DNA of 41,482 nucleotides from Verrucomicrobiota bacterium. Lineage in GTDB: Bacteria > Verrucomicrobiota > Verrucomicrobiia > Opitutales > Oceanipulchritudinaceae. This document shows positions 37,191-41,482 of this stretch, piece by piece. The notes under the pieces were generated by a model. The model ran no database searches. It was not told where the DNA came from and worked only from the letters and a program-made list of their open reading frames with translations. How positions within the stretch are numbered: position 1 is the stretch's first letter; each line of letters begins with the position of its first letter. Position numbers and translations under genes: made by a program. The DNA is taken from assembly GCA_009908535.1 (NCBI GenBank), contig JAAAOD010000155.1, positions 1 through 41,482 on the forward strand. The letters run 5' to 3'.

Positions 37191-38374
37191 GCAAGCGCTT
37201 TCCGTACGCCTTCACGGACGGCCTCCTTGAAGATCCTGGTTGTATAACATCGGCGCACGGCCTTCCGGGCCTTTTCCCCGGCTTCTCTGGCGGCCACTGG
37301 ATCCTCCGCCCAGGCGAGCATGGCCCCGGCAAAGGAACGGGGATCTGCGGCCTCACGCAGGCCGCCGCCCCTGCCGAGGGTATCGCGAAAGCCCCGCAGG
37401 GCCACTGGTGTAACCACGCCGGGCCGTCCGAAAGCGGCCCCCTCGAGGACTTTGATATTCGTCCCCGCCCCGAAGAGGACCGGGGCGAGGAAGACGGCCG
37501 CCCGCGTGTACAATTCCGCCGGGTCGTCCACCCGCCCCAGCCAGTCGATTCCCGATTGCGCGGACGCAAACCGGCGCAGGCGTCCGTGGGCGGAACCAGC
37601 GAGGACAAGGCGGGCTTGCGGTCGGCGGCGGCGGACCTGAGGCCAGACCTTGCGAAGGAACCAGCGTAGTCCGTGCGCGTTCGCGGAATACGTCCATGTC
37701 CCGATCATCCCAAAGTGGTCCGGAGCGGGAGGGGCGGGAAGGTCCCCGTGCTCAGTTTCCCGATACGCGAAGGGGAGATTCGGAAGGACGGTCGCCCTTT
37801 GCAGCGGAGAATAGCTGCGGTCCTCGGGAAGCGAGACCCAGAGATGGGCCGCCCTGGAAAGGGCTTCGGCCAGGCGGGCCTCCGAAAAGGCAAGCTGGCG
37901 CCGGAGGGTGAGCCGGGTCAGGGGGTCGGCCTGTGGTATCCGGGCCCTGAGGAGCCCGGGCTGGTAATCGTCCACATCCACCGCGACCGGGACCGGCCCC
38001 GGGAGAAGCCCGCAACAGAGCACCGTTCGCAGGTAGCGGGCGACAATCAGATCGTAATTGCCGGGATCCACTTGCCGCCGCATCTCGGCGACTACCTTCC
38101 CGGAGGCCTCGAGGAGGCGGCGTCCGGCGTCCCGGTGGTAGGCGACGCGACGGGCCAGCTCGCCCCCGGCGCAAGGTTGCAGCCCCGGTTCCTCCACCAC
38201 CGCGCGCACCTCGGGGTTGCCAGAGGCAAGAGCATCCCGGTTGTAGTCATTTCTCATGACAAGAAGATCGACTTCTCCTTCCCCCTGCAAGGCCTCCAGG
38301 AGCTGGCGAGTCCGCAGTTGCCCTCCACTCCGGGCCGGGAAGGGGCAAACGTGCGTGGCCAGGAGGATCCGCAT
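37187..38374 (-). CDS. GT4-like glycosyltransferase
   Basis: MRILLATHVCPFPARSGGQLRT, N.HGLRWFL.KVWP, LGRVDD, APVLFGAGTNIKVLEG. Confidence 0.88.
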   Translation of the reverse strand: MRILLATHVCPFPARSGGQLRTRQLLEALQGEGEVDLLVMRNDYNRDALASGNPEVRAVVEEPGLQPCAGGELARRVAYHRDAGRRLLEASGKVVAEMRRQVDPGNYDLIVARYLRTVLCCGLLPGPVPVAVDVDDYQPGLLRARIPQADPLTRLTLRRQLAFSEARLAEALSRAAHLWVSLPEDRSYSPLQRATVLPNLPFAYRETEHGDLPAPPAPDHFGMIGTWTYSANAHGLRWFLRKVWPQVRRRRPQARLVLAGSAHGRLRRFASAQSGIDWLGRVDDPAELYTRAAVFLAPVLFGAGTNIKVLEGAAFGRPGVVTPVALRGFRDTLGRGGGLREAADPRSFAGAMLAWAEDPVAAREAGEKARKAVRRCYTTRIFKEAVREGVRKALA

Positions 38375-38400
38375 TCCGTTGTCGCCGCGAGGGCCGGCTG

Positions 38401-39630
38401 TCAGGATCGTTTGAAGGCGCGGGAAAGGGCCTCGGCCACCCGCTCGAGATCTTCGCGGCTGTGCCGCGCGGAAACCGCCGTCCGCAGCAGGTCCCGGCCT
38501 GGAGGAACCGCCGGCGCGATGGCGATAACGGTGAAGATGCCCCGGTCCATGAGGTTTTTCCAGATTCGGTAGGCCCGTTCCTTGCCGCCAACGATGATGG
38601 GAACCGCCGGGGTTTGGCTTTCCCAGATGTCGAGGTCAAGCTGGTTGAGGAGCCGCTTGTAATAGCGGGTATTGTCCCAGAGGCGTTCGCGGTGTTCCGG
38701 CTCCTCCTGCAACAGCCGCAGGGCGGTACGGGCGCAGGCGGCCTGCGCCGGGCTGATGGCGGCACTGAAAATGGTCTGTTTGCTGTGTGTGCGCAGGTAC
38801 TCCACCAGCGCTTTTGATCCGGCGATAAAGCCGCCTGTGCTGGCCATGGACTTGGAAAGGCTGCCGCAGATGATGTCGATTTCATTGTTCCGGTCGAGGT
38901 AACCGGTGGTTCCCTGCCCCCGATCCCCGAGGACTCCGAAGCCGTGGGCATCATCAAGGACAAAGAAGCAGTTGTGGTCGCGGCTTACTTCAAGGAGTTC
39001 CTGCAGCGGGGCGATGTGCCCCTCCATGGAGTAGACCCCTTCGATGACAACCAGCTTGGGAATGGAGCGGTCCTCGGTGAGAAGGATGTCCTGCAGGTCG
39101 GAGGGCTTGTTGTGGGCGAAGCGCTCGACGCGGGCGGAGCTGAGGCTGATCCCGGACCAGAGGGAGCTGTGCACATTGCGGTCGACGAGAACGAGGTCCC
39201 CCTTCTGGGCAAAGGTGGAAACGGCCGTCATGCAGGCGAGGTAGCCCGCATTCAGGACCTGGCAATCCTCCTTGCCGAGAAAGAGGGCGAGGTCCTCCTC
39301 AAGCTCCCGATGGTAGGCGCGCGACCCATTTGCCAGCCGTGCCCCGGTGGTACTGCTCCCCCACGTGCGCAAGGCCGTCTCCCCGGCCTCCACGACACGC
39401 GGATGGTTGCTGAGACCGAGGTAGTCGTTGCTGCTCATCATGAGCATACGCTTCCCGCCGATCCAGACGTGCGCCCCCTCCTGCTTTTCGGGATGGTGAT
39501 ACCAGGGTTGGTAACGCAGGCGGGCCCGCGTCGCTTCATCTTCGCGACAGCGCTGCTCGATGCTGCTGCGCCGGCGAAGGACGGATTTTAGTTTGCTGGG
39601 TGAAGCCACGGTACTTGGATAAGCAGGCAA
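38401..39630 (-). CDS. PLP-dependent alpha-oxoamine synthase, serine-palmitoyltransferase-like
   Basis: SSNDYLGLSNHP, TGARLANGS, GY, HSSL, FAHN, EGVYSMEG, DDAHGFGV.G..GQGT, GSLSKSMASTGGF (PLP Lys), IFSAA. The family is secure; the substrate is an inference. Start codon (TTG 39630) uncertain. Confidence 0.85.
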   Translation of the reverse strand: MPAYPSTVASPSKLKSVLRRRSSIEQRCREDEATRARLRYQPWYHHPEKQEGAHVWIGGKRMLMMSSNDYLGLSNHPRVVEAGETALRTWGSSTTGARLANGSRAYHRELEEDLALFLGKEDCQVLNAGYLACMTAVSTFAQKGDLVLVDRNVHSSLWSGISLSSARVERFAHNKPSDLQDILLTEDRSIPKLVVIEGVYSMEGHIAPLQELLEVSRDHNCFFVLDDAHGFGVLGDRGQGTTGYLDRNNEIDIICGSLSKSMASTGGFIAGSKALVEYLRTHSKQTIFSAAISPAQAACARTALRLLQEEPEHRERLWDNTRYYKRLLNQLDLDIWESQTPAVPIIVGGKERAYRIWKNLMDRGIFTVIAIAPAVPPGRDLLRTAVSARHSREDLERVAEALSRAFKRS

Positions 39631-39645
39631 AAGAGGAACCTGCTT

Positions 39646-39673
39646 ACGCTACGGTCGATTGTCGGTCAGGCAA
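39646..39673 (-). promoter_or_regulatory. Putative sigma70 promoter of the SPT-like/GT operon
   Basis: Minus strand TTGCCT-N16-TAGCGT, 15 nt upstream of the TTG at 39630. Confidence 0.35.
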
Positions 39674-39756
39674 GCACGGATCCGCCTTTGCGCAGGGGGA
39701 ACCTGCGACAAAACGACCTTTACTGGGTTGGGAACGGAAATTCACAGGAAGGAAAA

Positions 39757-40572
39757 ATGCAAAAGAAGGAAAAGAATAAAAGCTGGAGGCGCTTTTTCGA
39801 ACACCGTCAGCTGCTGGTTCGTTTCACGCGGCGTTACATTGAACGGCAGACGAAGGGAAGCTGGCTCGGTTTGTTCTGGTTACTGTTGAATCCGTTGCTG
39901 ATGCTTGGTCTCTATTCGGTTGTTTTCGGGGTCATCATGGGATCCAGCTTCGGGGTGGCGGACGACCCCGGTCCTTACGACTTTCCGCTGGGGATTTTCA
40001 TTGGACTCACCGTGCTGGGCCTTGTCACCGAAACGATGGGCCAGTCCAGCAATCTCATCCTCGCCTCGGAAAACCTTGTCAAGAAAGTGGTCTTCCCGAT
40101 CCATCTTCTCCCCGTCGCCCTCGTGGGCTCGATCTTTTTCAAGACCTTGATGAGCGGGCTGCTGGCGCTCCTGTTCCTCTCTTTCCTGACGGACGGGCTT
40201 GGTCCGCAGGCACTGTATTTCCCTCTCATCCTGTTTCCGATGGTACTGTTTGCCCTCGGCTTGTCGTGGCTGTTGTCGGCGCTTGGGGTGTATTTCCGTG
40301 ATTCCCAGCAACTGATGGGCTTTCTCAGCACCGCCCTCTTCTATTCCAGCGCGGTCTTTTATCCGGCCCGCGGCATTCCGGAACCGATCTACGCGTGGCT
40401 GAAATACAATCCCGTCCTGCAGGCGGTGGAGCTTTCCCGGGACGTCCTCCTCTGGGACATTTCTCTTGCGCCGGACAAGCTGCTTTACCTTTACCTTGCC
40501 GGGATCGGAATGAGCCTCCTCGGCTTCTTCAGTTTTCAGGGACTCCGCAACGGCTTTGCGGACGTTCTGTAA
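39757..40572 (+). CDS. wzm: ABC-2 type polysaccharide export permease (Wzm/RfbA-like)
   Basis: KGSWLGLFWLLLNPLLML.LYSVVFG, NLVKKVVFP, LGVYFRD, FYSSAVFYP, YNP...AVE..R; about six TM helices. Start re-picked at ATG 39757. Confidence 0.9.
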   Translation: MQKKEKNKSWRRFFEHRQLLVRFTRRYIERQTKGSWLGLFWLLLNPLLMLGLYSVVFGVIMGSSFGVADDPGPYDFPLGIFIGLTVLGLVTETMGQSSNLILASENLVKKVVFPIHLLPVALVGSIFFKTLMSGLLALLFLSFLTDGLGPQALYFPLILFPMVLFALGLSWLLSALGVYFRDSQQLMGFLSTALFYSSAVFYPARGIPEPIYAWLKYNPVLQAVELSRDVLLWDISLAPDKLLYLYLAGIGMSLLGFFSFQGLRNGFADVL

Positions 40573-41480
40573 AAGGCCTTCTGCAGAGAAAGGAGATTGC
40601 GGCGCGCATCAAAATTCTCCTCCACCCATTGACGTGCGGCCTGCCGGCAGGTCCCCCGCAGGGCCGGATCGAGGAGAAAGTCCCGCACCCGGACGGCTGC
40701 CGCGGGGGCATTTCCCGGCGGCAGCAGGATGCCGGTTTCCCGGTCCCGGATACCCTCGCGAACCGCGCCTGCCGCGGTGGCCGCCACGGGCACTCCCCAG
40801 GCCATGGCTTCGCCGACGGCGTTTGGAAAACCGGCCCGGTCGCCTTTTCGGTCGACGCACCCAGTGAAAAGGAAGAGGTCGGCCGCCGCCAGGGCCTTTT
40901 CCACTTCCGCAAAGGGTAGCGCCCCGGGAAAAGCCACCTTGCCGGTAAGGCCGAGGCGGCGCGCTTCGGCCTGCAGCTTTTCCCGCAGCGGGCCTTCTCC
41001 GATCAGGCGGGCGCGAAAGGAAACCCCTTCCATCTTCAGGGCGGCGAGGATCCGCAAGAGGTACGCGAACCCCATCTTCTCCACCATGCGCCCCACGGCG
41101 AGCAGGCGGGGAACCTCCGACGGGACCCTGTCCTCCGCAAAGGGAGGCAGTTCCGGCAATCCCCGGCGGATGAGCAGGACGTCGCGCGGATCCGCGCCGA
41201 GGGCTTCCCAGCGGCGGCAGCCCCGGCGCGTGGAGCTGCGCAGAAAGGAGGCCCGGGCCATTTTTGTGGAAAGCAGGGCATCCCCGCCATTCTCAAAGAG
41301 GTCGTAGGCGTGGCCAGAGAGACTGTAGGGAAGATCGGTCAACTCGTGCAGGGCCCAGGCCGCTGCCCCGGGGGCGGAGGCCCATACGGCATGAAAATGG
41401 CCGACACGGCGCGCCAGCCGCCGCGCCCGGACAATAGCGAACCCGATGCCAAGGAGGTTCTCGGCAAGATTCTCCGCACT
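40536..41480 (-). CDS. GT4 glycosyltransferase (WcaL-like); 5' end beyond the window
   Basis: The frame is open to the window end: HFHAVWASAPGAAAWALHELTDLPYSLSGHAYDLF, VGRMVEKMGF, GDRAGFPNAVGEAMAWGVPV. Confidence 0.85.
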   Translation of the reverse strand, partial: SAENLAENLLGIGFAIVRARRLARRVGHFHAVWASAPGAAAWALHELTDLPYSLSGHAYDLFENGGDALLSTKMARASFLRSSTRRGCRRWEALGADPRDVLLIRRGLPELPPFAEDRVPSEVPRLLAVGRMVEKMGFAYLLRILAALKMEGVSFRARLIGEGPLREKLQAEARRLGLTGKVAFPGALPFAEVEKALAAADLFLFTGCVDRKGDRAGFPNAVGEAMAWGVPVAATAAGAVREGIRDRETGILLPPGNAPAAAVRVRDFLLDPALRGTCRQAARQWVEENFDARRNLLSLQKAFYRTSAKPLRSP

Positions 41481-41482
41481 TT

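Noticed and set aside
39621-39645. 7-bp hairpin AAGCAGG/CCTGCTT around the SPT-like start codon
   Set aside because: Short stem; the predicted transcription start would fall within one arm, and the start codon itself is uncertain.

Overview
GC-rich bacterial chromosomal window of about 36 densely packed genes. Gene content and protein style suggest Verrucomicrobiota (Opitutales-like); this is an inference, not verified. The left two-thirds is mostly housekeeping: an nfeD-nfeD-floA membrane-microdomain operon, queG, a stand-alone Smr protein, frr, proB, manA, ftsK-gmk, an orphan NarL-type regulator, two exbD genes, rny, sdhCAB, a CDF transporter, GT4-SDR-GT4, lysA with a long-form cystathionine gamma-synthase, and gatCAB. 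From about 27.1 kb to the end lies a surface-glycan locus with about eight glycosyltransferase domains, a GT4-HAD fusion, a GT2 with 61-aa tandem repeats and an ABC-2 (Wzm) permease. Its main 7-gene operon is led by a serine-palmitoyltransferase-like alpha-oxoamine synthase. The best leads are: (1) this SPT-like/GT/Wzm locus as a possible sphingoid- or aminolipid-anchored glycan pathway; (2) an AT-rich imperfect palindrome inside the SDR gene, at which local GC skew flips regardless of gene direction; (3) an exbD ORF that runs antisense through the whole regulator gene; (4) a perfect 22-bp inverted repeat at the edge of the glycan locus. I found no rRNA, tRNA, CRISPR array, integrase or transposase. 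Several start codons were re-picked by eye relative to the ORF track.
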